Assembly: GCF_000143415.4 (NCBI RefSeq)
Contig: NW_003314424.1
Location: forward strand, 37,194-101,193
DNA length: 64,000 bases
Direction of reading: 5' to 3'
From: Selaginella moellendorffii
Taxonomy: Eukaryota > Plantae > Lycopodiophyta
Both the position numbers and the translations under genes were made by a program. Below are positions 22,689 to 35,160 of the stretch, in pieces. Numbering within the stretch: the first letter of the stretch is position 1; every line of letters starts with the position of its first letter. The notes under the pieces were generated by a model that was given only the letters and a program-made list of their open reading frames with translations, did no database searches and was not told the origin of the DNA.

Positions 22689-23765
22689 AGGACCGGGACC
22701 GGGACCGAGACCGAGGCCGAGGTTGAGGCCGAGCCCAAAGCCGAGTCCGAGTCTAAGTTCGAGTCTGAGAGGGTGAAAGCCAAAGCATTTGTCTCCAAGA
22801 CCCTGGGGGGTTTGGTGAGCTCCAAAAGTATAATGAGGGGGAGGACTGCAGTGGAGCCAATTTGGCCAGGAAAGGCCAATTTGGCCCAGGAAGGCCAGAC
22901 CCAGTGTTGGGTGATGAACGGACCACTGGGAAGTCCAAGACTAGAGTGAATACGAACCGACAAGCGGGGTAACTTGGTGAAGTGTTCAAGAGCCGGCTCT
23001 AGTTCCCCTGGGAGATCGACTAGCCGATGCTCCCAATCCAAGTGTGGGTGGCACTACCTACTTGGATACCTAGTGTGGCTCAATGGAACCTCGCTCTAAG
23101 CCCATGGCAAAAGCACCTAAAGGCAAAAGGTGGGGAGAGTACCCATGGGGCTCGCATAGGGCCACGGTGTTCTGAAATGTTGTCCCGAAGTCCCAAATGG
23201 GGGAAAGGAGGAGGAGAAGTCCTCTAGTGTAGTGACTACGGATATGGTCACATGGTGAGGAAGTCCTAGAGGACAATAGGACTTAGTGGCCGGGCCTGCG
23301 GGCCTTGATCTAGTGGCAATATTGGTGAACATGGCCATGGACGGAAAAGGGACTTGGCAGGAACTGACAAAGGGATGTTGGGGAAGGCTATTCCCCATGT
23401 CTATGGGCATCCTAAGGATGCTAAGGAGTGGATCTGGGATGACCACTCGTGGAGGGATAGCCCAGTCTTGGAGAGACAGGATTGTGATGCAAGTGGTATG
23501 GGACCACCAGTGTGGCAAAGGTGAATGGGTATGGCCTTAGCGTAATGGGCCAATATGTCAGTGGTACCTTTGGGTGTCGGTCTTGGGACTGGACACGTGG
23601 AGCACTGGGACCAAGTGCAAAGGATGAGTGGCATGGATGCCATTCTCGGGACTAGCAAGTCCCAAGTCCTAAATTGGACTTAAGGAGGTTGTGAATGAGA
23701 CTCCTCCAAGGGGTCAGAGGTGTGGTTAAGTGACGAAAGTAGAATGGAAAATTTAGTCATTTACA
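18221..23765 (+). mobile_element. LARD-like family A, copy 2: internal region + PPT + 3' LTR
   Basis: Internal region homologous to copy 1; PPT ATGGGTGGTGGAGT ending 22168; LTR 22169-23765 (TGTGAG...TTACA) with 12-bp and 6-bp minisatellites at ~22405-22770. Confidence 0.88.
20612..21000 (+). ncRNA. Putative structured cis-RNA module with two tandem TPsiC-arm-like hairpins (also at ~5305-5700 minus and ~51930-52170 minus)
   Basis: Stem-TTCGAGT-stem hairpins at 20671-20689 and 20700-20716. Neighbouring hairpins show compensatory changes between family A and the chromovirus. Confidence 0.6.
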
Positions 23766-24283
23766 CATAGTTACAACAATACCCCGTGAAAAAAAAGACC
23801 AGTGTTGACAGGACACCCTTGTTGAAGTACAAGCACTACTACTTCAACGATCAAACAATCTACAAACTCCTAATGTCTTGGTGCATCAGTGATGTAGCTC
23901 TTTGTCCACGATGCCCTCAAGGAGCTAATGATTGTACAGGAGAACTCAGTGGATCTAGGTGATGCAATCCCAATCACTATGGACAAGGATGGTTGGACAT
24001 TTGTCTAATGGATAGGCAAGGAAACAACAAAAAATCTAATAGTCAAATTCATTGTCATGTCTAGGCAGCACTTGACAAAAGCAATGCAAGAGATCTCTTC
24101 TAATTTGATATACACGAAGAAGATGCAGGCAAAATTCTCAATATGATACTTCTAAATCATGAAGGGGTCAACACCATAGGATACCATTGTTGAGATATCC
24201 AATCTTGTGAACACAAAGGCAAAGAACCAACACAAGAGTAGCCTCAATGACAAGCTTGTACATAGTCACCACAATTAGGAGAG

Positions 24284-25950
24284 TGTAAGTGACTAATTTT
24301 TCCATTCTACTTTAGTTATGTAACCACATCTTCGACCACTTGAAGGAGTCTTATTCACAACCTCCATAAGTCTAATTCAGGATTTAGGACTTACTAGCCC
24401 TGAGAATGACATCCATGCCATTTAACCTTTGGACTTGGTCCAAGTGCTCCACGTGTCTAGTCCCATGATCAACACCCCAAGGTACCACCGACATATTAGC
24501 CCGTTACGCTAAGGCCATGCCTATTCACCTTAGTCACACTAGTGGTCCAACACCACTTGCATCGTAGTCCCGTCTCTCAAAGACTGGGCCATCTGTCCAT
24601 GAGAGACCATCCAAGATCCATTCCCTAGCATCCTTAAGATGCCCATAGACATGGGGAACAACCTTCCCCAATATCCCTTTTATAGGCCCCACTAAGTCTC
24701 TTTTCTGTCCATGGCCGTGTTCGCCAACACTGCCACTGAAACAAGGCCCATAGGCACAACCACTAAGTCCCACTATCCCTTGGGACTTCCTCACCACATG
24801 ATCGTATCCTTGGTCATTACACCAGAGGACCACTCCTCTTCCTTTCCATAGTCTGGGACTTTGGGACAATATTTTGGAACATCATGGCCCTATGCAAGCC
24901 TCATGGGTACTCTCCCCACCTTCTGCTTTTGGGTGCTTTAGCTATGGGCTTAGAGTGAGGTTCCGTTAAGCCACGCTTGGTATCCAAGTAGGTAGTGCCA
25001 TCCACGCGTGGATTGGTAGCATTGACCATTCGATCTCCCAGGGAAACTAGAGTTAGCTCTTGAACACTTCACCAAGTTACCCCGCTTCTTTGGACTTCTC
25101 AGTGGTTATCTCATCACCCAACAGCTAGGCATGGCCTTCTTGGGCCAAACTAGCCTTTCCTGGCCAAATTGGCTCTATTGGGGTCCAACCCCCACACTCT
25201 CCCTACTATACTTTTGGAACCCCCCCCCCCCCCCCCTCGGGGGACGATTTCTTTGGGCTTTCACCCAACATCGTGTATTAGTATTTGGACCTGGACTTGG
25301 ACTTAGACTCGGTCTCGGTCTCGGTTCCATCTCGGATTCCATCTCGGGTTCATCTCAGACACCATCTCAAGTCCATCTCGGGTCCATTTCGGGTCCATCT
25401 CGGACTCCATCTCGGACTCCATCTCAGGTCCATCTCGGACTCCTTCTCAGACACTTCCATATGTCATGTGTTGGTCCTCTTATGTTCCACTCCCACTCTC
25501 AACCTTTCAAGTTGGAGCTTTTAGTCCAAACATGTTACGCTTATTTGGCTCTCGCTTCAGCCACTACCACGTGGCACCCTTTTGGCTCCACTTTGGGGCT
25601 TAGGGATTTGTGTCTCACAACTCCACCACCCATAGATGAAGTTCGATGTCTTCATCAAATGATAAATTATTTTATAAAGTAAAACTAGCATGTATTACCC
25701 TTTCCATCCTTGGCACCTAGCCAATATTCGTCAATGGTTTGACACCGAAGGCTCATTATGTGTTGTCCATCAGCCAAGAAGCATAGTCTCTCTAACATAA
25801 AGACTCGATCGACCACCTATGGTGGTTCTCTCCCTTTCATTGGTTTAGTTCTCGCTAAACTTGTTTGAGACTCTTCCTCTATCTCAATCCCACTACTTAT
25901 TCTCGAGTAGTTTCAACTTCTATCGATATAACCATTTCACTTCGGAACTT
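24284..25950 (-). mobile_element. LARD-like family A, copy 3: 3' LTR + PPT + short internal remnant
   Basis: LTR 24284-25619 followed by reverse PPT ACTCCACCACCCAT; 25620-25950 is the reverse complement of ~21840-22168. Confidence 0.85.
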
Positions 25951-26404
25951 TTGACAAAAATTCAATAGTCAAAAGGGAAACTTTGTTACATCAGTGGACG
26001 TAGTTTAATATGCCAACTATAAGAGCAAGAAATCTAAAAGATATCAATCAAATGAAGTACTTACATAGCTGCTTATAAATAATCAAACAGAAGAGAAGGA
26101 AATGTTTTAAGAGAGACACCTAAGCTCAGGAAAATACATATATATGGATTTACTTATACATGAATTTAAAATAACTGAAATAATAATAATTATGACTTTT
26201 TAAACTAAATTTCTTAAATAAACTTAAATATGGATTGTTGTGCACTCAACGTCATCAACACATTATCTATGCCGTTTCCCTTACTGTCACCAATAGAGAA
26301 TCCAGTCACCTACCAAAGGAAAACCAGAATCGTAAAACTCTCTTGGTATCAAAGTCTAGCTGAATCGCACCTGGAAAGCCTCCTTTACCACTAAATACTG
26401 GTGA

Positions 26405-29095
26405 TCACATCTCTCTCGTACACTTTTTGGTATGCCTTACAGCTGCAATCTGCTCGATCATACCAAAATTGGAGCCGATAATAACACTCGAGGCATATAT
26501 ATCCATCGGATTAGACTTTTGATATGAGAGAGCTGATGAATTGTCCTTGTCCGAGAAAAATACGTATCCAAAGTTCGTTCGAGCATACTCTACAAAAAAC
26601 AAAAATTAAAAATAAATGAAAAATGTATAACGTATGGACTTACTTTCATCGCCAGGCTGCTCATTGTCCTTGATAGCAATCAGTCTTCGGACGTCACTCT
26701 TAACATTTCGAACGACTTCCGACCAATCCGCAATGGCTGGCTTAAGAGGGTCTCCAGAGCACTTGCTTTGGATGTACAAAAGAAATGGCTCCAAATCAAT
26801 GCCTTTTACTTCCTCGAGTATCAGGAAGGTATCAGCCCCGCTGTTCCGAGGTCCACAGATGGCCCAAGTCCCTGACCTTTGAACCTCCTCCTTTGAGCCT
26901 GGACTACTGTGTTTGATCCGAAACCAAAAAACTAAAAACAAGAACATACCTGGACTCAGTTGCTTGATTGAAACTGGAAAAGTGGGGAACCTGAACTTTC
27001 GGTTCTTCAGATTGTCAGGGATGTACCAATCGCAAGGCAACACGTCCGCCAGCATGAAGGTGTCTGAACCCCCCGATAGTAACTGCAAATAACATTTTAG
27101 TAACCGAGACTATGAAAGACTATGAACGTAGAATTCACATACCTTATGAATGTAGATGCTGAAGATCAGAGACAACAAATCGTTGTCTTCCTTCTGCTTC
27201 CAATCATCCGTTGACATTGTTGTCAAATCAAAAGTTGTAGAGCCAAAAAGGTCCTCCCGCTGGAGTGTTAGCTTATGCAGTAACACAGGTGAAAACTCCA
27301 CCAGAGCCTTTTCTTCGTCAAGAACCACAGCCACTACTCCACAACTCTCCAGGGCTTCCCATGTCAAAACATTCTCTCTTGGAAAGGCCTGCAGCAGAAC
27401 CGGTCCATTCCTTGAGACATGCTCACGAAGCATCGATGCTTGAATTGCTCGTAAGAAATAAGAAAATCTCTCATCCCCGGCAAAGCCATTGTAATACTCG
27501 AATCTTCTGCATAGGCTCCAGACACGATCCAGAATCCGCCTTACTTTGTCTCTCAGGAAGGGCTCCTGAATTCTCAGCGCAAGGTTGTCAATGTCAAGGG
27601 CCATGTCTGGGTCATCTGAAGCCAAAGCCTGAACCATGAAGGTAATCAACCTCGGATTCCCTCCGCTCAGCTTGCACAACAGCTGCATGCCATCATTTAA
27701 AGCGTGAAGTTCTTCACGGTTTGAAGTCCTCAGCACCTTGTTAAAGACTTGCAACACCAGCTTCTCCCGATCGTTGCTGCTGAGAGGGTTGACAGGAATA
27801 TAAATCACTTCAGATGATCCAGTGTCACCGCTCTCTCTCAAAGATGCCGCTGTGAAAAGGTTGGTCGCTCCGAGCATAGTGACAAACGTTTTGCCACCCA
27901 CGTTGCTGTACTTCCAAACTATGAACTCCCGAAACACTTTCTGAACAAGGACGTTGTTCCTCCCAATCTCATCAAAGAAGAACGACAGGAAAATGTTTTG
28001 GTCTCCGAGCTCACAGACTTCTCGCAACAAAGCTATCACGTCATCAAACAGGAGGAACTTCTTCAAATCAGGTGCTTTGGCATCAACAACAGCGACAAGC
28101 TCTTGGTAAAAAAAACACGTCCAAGTCCCAGTATCTTTTCTGATGTTATCTTGGCCATCTGCTCTAGAAACAGCTGCATGCAAAGTCCTCAGGGCCAAAA
28201 CCTGAGCATCACCCAGCCCGGCCTCGCCAATGAAAGTTGAAATAAAATCATGGTACATGACCACGTCGAGATGTTCAACGGTGCTCATCATGGCATCCCA
28301 CGGTCGCACCTCATCGGTTGATGTATCGAAAAGCGAGGCAAGTTGTTGAATCCTTAGCCCTGGATCACTCTGTTGCCTTCTCATCTCAATGAGTATTTGT
28401 GGGAGTGCCTTGCCAAAGGATGTTTTTCCCGCACCCGGGAATCCAACCACACCCATTATATGGTGGAGGCGCCTAAACACATCCCAGTCTGTGTGTTGAT
28501 TGCTCATGAATTGCTTGTACAACAGCCAGTTACCCCTGAGCAAAGCATCCACAGTCTTCTCTCGTCCAACAATGGGAAACTGCTGCCCGATGTCCTTCAG
28601 AGACAAGCCAGTTGGCAAAGAAGATAATGAATCCCTTTCAAGGCATTTTCTGTACATGCGGGCATGCTTAAGACGAGGTCCAAAGAGCTCCTTCAGCTTG
28701 GCAATCCGATCACGGGCGTTTGACCAATTAACTCCACTAGAGGGAATGAGCTGCTGACGGAGCTGCTTTTTCTCCTCCATCCAGTGCTTCTGAAGCTCAC
28801 GGAGCTGGTTCTCCTTCTCACGGAGCTGCTTTTTCTCCTCACGGAGCTGCTTTTTCTCCTCCATCCAGTGTTTCTGAAGCTCACCCTGCGTGGAATCCAC
28901 CTTCTGGTTAGCGCGCTCCTCAACCTGCTCAATCGCTTGTTGCACGGCCCTGATCTCCGATTCCACTTCCTCAATCTGCTGCTGAATCGATCGCTCAGGC
29001 CCATCCGCCCTTTGCCGCTTCCCAGCCCTGATATCTGATTCCAATTCTTCCCCATCCGCCCTTGGCGGCTTCCCATGAGACTGCTCTCGCACCAT
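26405..29095 (-). CDS. Crinkler/RHS-type (CR) protein: coiled-coil header + STAND/CDC6-like P-loop NTPase + PD-(D/E)xK-type endonuclease-like domain, 858 aa
   Basis: Exons 29095-27143, 27082-26644, 26589-26405 (introns 60 and 54 nt, GT-AG) give 2577 nt in frame. KQLREEKKQLRE coiled-coil repeats; Walker A GFPGAGKT; Walker B FFFDEIG; SGGNPR motif; C-terminal NSGADTF...LYIQSK. Confidence 0.75.
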
Positions 29096-29479
29096 GGCGG
29101 AGCCCTAACCTAGGTACTCTGTTTTTTAGGGTTCTAGCCGTAGAATGGGACATTGTGCGAGGCGAGCTTCGACTTCATTCGATGTGAGGAACACCTGAAA
29201 CTGGCATTGAGGTATGTTCAGCTGAATCTGTGAAATGGTGTAGACTTTACTGAGTTTACCTGCATTCGGGCAGGTAAACTGGAGTAGGTTCAAAAGAACT
29301 AATGTTGTCCTCAGAGAGCTGATCTTTGGCTGATCAACACGTAAGATCAGTATCAGAAGGAAGAATCTTAAGCTGGATCAACTTGTTGCTGCTGTCTTAT
29401 TCGCAGGTGTACTGTGAAAGCTCCGGATAGCTGGATGTGTTCCTCAGGGTTTAAAAGATCTCAAAGCCATCAGCATCAT

Positions 29480-32400
29480 CTGAGTGCAGCAAATACAGCG
29501 GGGGAGACTTTGAAAGGCCACGAGGCCTGGCTGCTTCGACAGGATGCTTTACCGTCTCTTGATTTGCCAAAAGTTTATAATCACTTTTGCTCTTGTGTTT
29601 TCAGGTTCGTAAGAACAAGTTTGTCGAGATCATTCCTATCAACGTTGGCTGCTTGGGTGCTTGCACATACTGCAAGACGAAGCATGCTCGCGGGCATCTT
29701 GGCAGCTACACAGTAGACACACTAGGAAGGACCTTCGCCAGTTTCTTTTCTCTGCTACTGAGCTTTATCTACAGGTGCAAAGATTGAAAACTGTGGTGTC
29801 TGAAGGTGTGAAGGAGATATGGCGACACTGGAGCTTGTTACATGACACACCTCACCACATGTCCATTAGGGTTTTTCTGTTCTGTCCGCTAGTGCAGTGC
29901 ATTTTAATCCCGATTTGTCTCATGGTATCGGAGCTGGGATAGCACTATGGAAGGAAAGCCATCCATCTGCAAGTTTGATGGAGAAGGCTTTGAGGGATTC
30001 AAGATCCATCTTGAATCCTATCTCTTGTTTCATGGTTTGTTGGGGATTGTAGATGGGACAGAGTCATCACCGGCTCCAGGCTCTAGCGCTGCTAAGGTGC
30101 GTGATTGGAACTTTCGGGATTCCAAGGCTAGAGGGAGTATTGCGATGTGCTTGTCCTCGAATGTTCTCTTTGCTGCCCCATCGATTCCAAAGTCCACTGC
30201 GGCAAAGCTTTGGAAGTGGCTGAGTGACACTTATGGCACCAAGAGTGAAATGGATGTCTTTAACATCCATTCACAAATGGATTCCTTGAGGCTAGAGGAA
30301 AATGGCTGTATCCAGACTCACACTGCCAAACTCTAGGGCTTCTTCACACAACTTGCGGCTGCTGGGGTGAAGCACTGTCTCACAGATGAGCAGTAGAGGC
30401 TACAGCTTTACAGGTCCTTGCCAGCTAGCTGGAAGAATACAGTTGAGAGCCTGCTTCTCCAACCAGGGATGACTTAGGCAAATGCCATGAGGAGTCTTCA
30501 CAACATTGAGGCCATGCAAAGCGAGAGAACTAAAATGCCGCAAGCTATGTATGCTTCGCAGGCTTCTGGTGATGCCAAGGTGGCAAAACTGCATGCAGCT
30601 GCAAATGCCCAGAAAGGGCAAAATTCCATGGCATCTAGGTGTGCTAAGCCCAAACTTGCTAAGAATCAGTGTGCTCGCTGCTTGGAGATGGGCCACTGGG
30701 CTCGAGATTGCCTTGCTCCCAAGCCTGTCAAGCGACTAGCTATGCCGGCAAAAGCCAATCTACGCGAGTGTGATAGAATTGCTACAGCAAATGAGGCTGC
30801 TGAGGAGCTCTACAATACAGAGGCAATTGCAGCACCAAGCCGGTGGCTCTTAGACTTTGGTTGCACTAATCTTATGAGCAATAAGAAGAGTCTTTTTGAG
30901 TGTTATCAGCTGAGCATTCGAAAATATGGTGTTCATTTAGGTGACAATACCACTATCCCCATAGAAGGCATCGGGCAATTTCAGCTCTCACTTGATTATG
31001 GGAGGACCATGGCCTTTGATGGTGCCATGCACATTTTCACCTTGCAACAAAACTTAATGTCCATCACCAAGATATGTGATCAAAATGCAGTGGTAGTCTT
31101 TGATGCAAAGGGAGTCTCTTTGGTTGACTCTAGCGACTTTTATATGCTTGGTACACAATTGCTTCGTGGGTCATGCATTGGGGACTTGTATGAGATTACT
31201 GCTGCTGACCCGGTTCAGGCCCTTCAGACTGTGGAGGCAGATTCTTGTGCGGAGCTTTGGCATAAAAGACTTAGTCATGTTCATTACCAATCTCTTCAAC
31301 GGATGAAATCCCAAGATATTGTTACTAGATTGGATTTCCGACATATCCCATTTACATTTTGTGAAGCTTGCATTTTAGGCAAGCATCACCATTGGAATTT
31401 CTCGCTGAGTAAGCATTGGACTTCTGGACTTGGTCCATTCTGATCTTTGCGGCCCCATGGACGTGCCAAGTCACAATGGGGCAAGATATTTCATCACATT
31501 TATTGATGACTATATCCGTCGAATATGTGTCCACTTCTTGATGCGTAAGAGTGATGCAGTTGCTGCCTTTCAAACGTACAAGGCTTACGTTGAAAACCTC
31601 CTTGGTCGAAAGATAAAAGCTCTTCGAGTTGATGGTGGTGGTGAATACCTCAACAATGATCTTTGGGGCATCTATCATGATGTAGGCATACAACTGCAAG
31701 CCACAGCCCGCTACACCCCCCAGCAAAATGGTGTTACAGAAAAGAAAAATCGCACTCTTGTCAATGCTACTCGCGCTTTGTTAGCTGATGCACATCTTGA
31801 CAAGATGTTTTGGCAAGAGGCCATAGCCACAGCAATGCATGTACAAATTGCCTTGCCACGGCTGCTTTGGATGGAAAAACCCTTGAGGCATTTTGGACAG
31901 GTTCTACTTCTAATGTGTCCCACTTTCGGGTCTTCAGTTGTGCAGCATATGCACATACCCTTGATCAACTTCGGAAAAAGCTAGATCCCAAAAGTAAAAA
32001 ATTCATCTTCATGGGATATGCACAGGATGACACCATCGGGAAAAAAACTTACAAGTTATGGGATCTTGCATCTCACAAGGCTCTTGTAAGCACAGATGTC
32101 ATGTTCAATGAAAATGACTTTCCCATGTGTACAAAGGCTCTTCAAGATCTTTCTTTCATTGTTGAGACTCGACTTGTTCTTTTGATCCACTTATGGGAGA
32201 TGGTCCACTCTTGCCTCCGCCTCAAGATCCTTCTTTCATTGCTGAGACTTGACTTGTTCCTTTGATCCACTTATGGGAGATGGTCCACTCTTGCCTTTGC
32301 CTCAAGATCCTATTCATGAGTTGCCACCAGAGATTCCACTGGGGAATCCTCCACTTCTGGACATGCTTGAACCAGCTGATGCTCCTCCAGTCGAGGACAG

Positions 32401-35120
32401 GCCTCCAACACCTCCACCACCTTGTCGACGTCGTGGCATGCCTGATCCGATGCCAGTTCTTGATCACCCCCGGGAATGTCGGCCCTCGTTGAAAGTCCGG
32501 GAAAATGCTGAAGCAGATGCTGCAAAGCTTGATGACTTTTGTGTCCTTGTTGACGTCAACATCCCCATGACCTATGATGAGGCCGTCTTAGGACCTGAGG
32601 CTTCATCTTGGATGGAAGCTATTGCGGAAGAAGTTTCTTCCATTCAGGTTAACAGAACTTATGTTCCAGTTGATTCAGGACGTGTTTTGGATCCAAAATG
32701 GATTGTTTCCAAAAAGTATGGGAAAGATGGTCAGGTTGTATGTTATAAGGCACGGTTGGTTGTTCATGGTTTTTGCTAAGTCCATGGCCTTGACTACAAT
32801 GAAACATTCTCACCGGTTGTAAAAATGGCCAACCTCCGTACTCTTTTTGCACTTGCGGCTGCTCGCAAATGGCAAGTCCACCATATGGATGTCAAAATTG
32901 CATTTTTGAATGGAGATTTACAAGAGGACATCTATATGCATATACCTCCTGGTTTTGAGGACGATGTTGCCCCTGGTGGCCCTATATGGCAATTGCAGAA
33001 AGCTTTGTATGGCCTAAAATAGAGCTCCCATATTTGGTATCAAAAATTTGATGCCACCCTATGCGCTCAAGGCTTTCGTTGCTGTCATGCTAATCACAAT
33101 GTGTATGTGAATGGTCATGCTGAGCACATGCTTATTGTGGCCCTCTACGTTGATGATTTGCTCATCATGGGTGATGACACCGATGCCATTGCTGCTTTGA
33201 AAGCTGCTCTCAGCCAGCAATTCCAAATGAAGGACCTTGGCCAAGTCTCCTACTTTCTTGGCTTTGAAGTCACATGTGATCCTAAGTCTAGTGGCTACAT
33301 GCTTAGCCAACGATGTAAAGTCGAAGTCTTGCTGGATCGGTTTGGTATGCGTGATTGCCACCCTGTCAAGACCCCGATGGTCGTTGGTGCTATCGACCTC
33401 ACAGTTGAGCAGTCTGGTGAGCCTCTACCCATTGGGACTCTCTATCGGCATCTCATTCATTGCCTCACATATTTAGCCTTGATAACTCACCCCACATATG
33501 TGACTATTGCCTTGAGTCAATACAACACATCACCAACCACTATACATTGGCAAACTGCCAAGTGTATCATGAAATACCCCCAAGGCACTATAGACTATGG
33601 CATTGCTTATTTAGGGGGTGATGCTTCATTGGCATGCTACACAGATGCTATTTTTGCCAACAACAAAGGTCATCGCTCAACTTCTGGCATTTGCCTTTCC
33701 TTCTCAGGAGGTGCCATCACGTGGGCCTCCAAGTGACAATCTATAGTGGCCATTTCTAGTGCAGAAGCAGAGTACATCGCACTCACTACTGGTAGAAGGG
33801 ATGTGGTCTGGGCTCAAGGGTTACTTGCTGAGCTAGGATGTGCATAAGCTGGCCCCACTACTTCTTAATGTGACAACCAAAGCAGCATTGCCATGTCCAA
33901 GAACCCCGTCCACCATGCCCACTCGAAGCACATTGAAGTCCAATTTCACTACATGCGTGAGTTGGTTGACGGTGGCACCCTGGCCGTCCAACATCTCAGG
34001 ATACAGGACATGCCAGCCGATCTTCTCACCAAGCCGTTGGGGCCACACCAATTTCAGCTCCTACGTGACAGATTTGGTTTGGTGAGTGGCTCCGGTTTGG
34101 GGGGGAGTGTTACACGACACACCTCACCACAAGTTCATTAGGGTTTTCCTGTTCTGTCTGCTAGCACAGTGCGCTTTGATCCCGATTTGTCTCAGAGCTT
34201 ACGGTTATGGTTATCTGTTTCAAGCTAGCATTTTTTATTTACTTTTTTCTTTCTTTGCACCACAGGACGAGACATTGGAGCAAATATACCAGCGCTTCTA
34301 CGTGCTTTAGTTGCCACACTTCCTCATAGACAGAAGTACAATGCTCCAAATCTACATCTTACAGCATCTGGAGGAAATGGCTGTCACCCCTGCGTGTATT
34401 CGTTCCTTCATGTTCTGGTTCAATCTGGAAGGGACTCGGTGTTGGAGGTACCGATGTTCTGGGTGATTGTTTTGTCTCTATAAGCCGTTTTCTGTGTTCT
34501 TCAGGGCATGAAGAGAGAGTACACGTTTGCCGAGTTTAGAAAAACTAGTCCCGGAAATTCATATCGTTACAGATATTATCTGTGGATTTCCAGGTACACT
34601 CGCATGCATGAAAAAGATTGTATCTTATTGAGCTTTTATCCTTGTCAGGAGAAACATCAGAGGATTTTGACAGGATCATGGAACTAATATGAGAGCACAC
34701 GTTCCCACAGGTCCACATATCACAGTTTTACCCTCGACCAGGTAGGTAATCTCTGTACATGCTGCTGAATGGTTCTCACTGTCACTAGTGTTTATCCTGT
34801 CAATAGTGTTTATCCTTAGACAGGAACACCGGCGGCTCTAATGAAACGGGTTCCAACGCTTGAAGTGAAGAAACGAAGCCGTTCCTTGACAAGTCTGTTC
34901 GAATCGTTCACTCCTTACACAGGAATGGAGGTAAAACGTACCGAGTCTGGGTCACAACACTGCTGCTGATTGAATTCATCTGGTATTCTTTCTTTTGTTC
35001 TACGTCTCTGCAGGTTGGCTTGTGTACAAGTTCTACTTCCAGCTGTACCGGGCCTTCTTGGAAGCAAGTTAATGTGAAGATTACGTCTGTCGGAAGATGG
35101 TCTGTGACTGGCGAGTGGTG
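29480..35120 (+). pseudogene. CDKAL1: tRNA t6A methylthiotransferase (CDKAL1/e-MtaB-like, radical SAM + TRAM) pseudogene disrupted by Copia
   Basis: [38 protein letters not shown] (CxxxCxxC); DTGAYG split by the Copia; downstream exons TDIICGFPG, VHISQFYPRPG, KRVPTLEVKKRSRSLTSLFESF, KITSVGRWSV. Several frameshifts and deletions. Confidence 0.9.
29836..34194 (+). mobile_element. Full-length degenerate Ty1/Copia retrotransposon with 87-bp LTRs
   Basis: LTRs 29836-29922 and 34108-34194; TSD GAGCT on both sides; PBS TGGTATCGGAGC; PPT GGGGGGGAG. Order gag, CCHC knuckle, protease (WLLDFGCT), integrase (VHSDLCGP), RT (HMDVKIAFLNG, LYVDDL), RNase H, with stops and frameshifts. ~80-bp tandem duplication near 32140-32310. 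Confidence 0.97.
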
Positions 35121-35160
35121 AACCAGATTCCACTCCTGGAGACGATGCTGAGAAAGTCGG

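Noticed and set aside
23766-24283. Possible gene fragment in the spacer between inverted LTRs
   Set aside because: No sustained ORF or recognisable motif.
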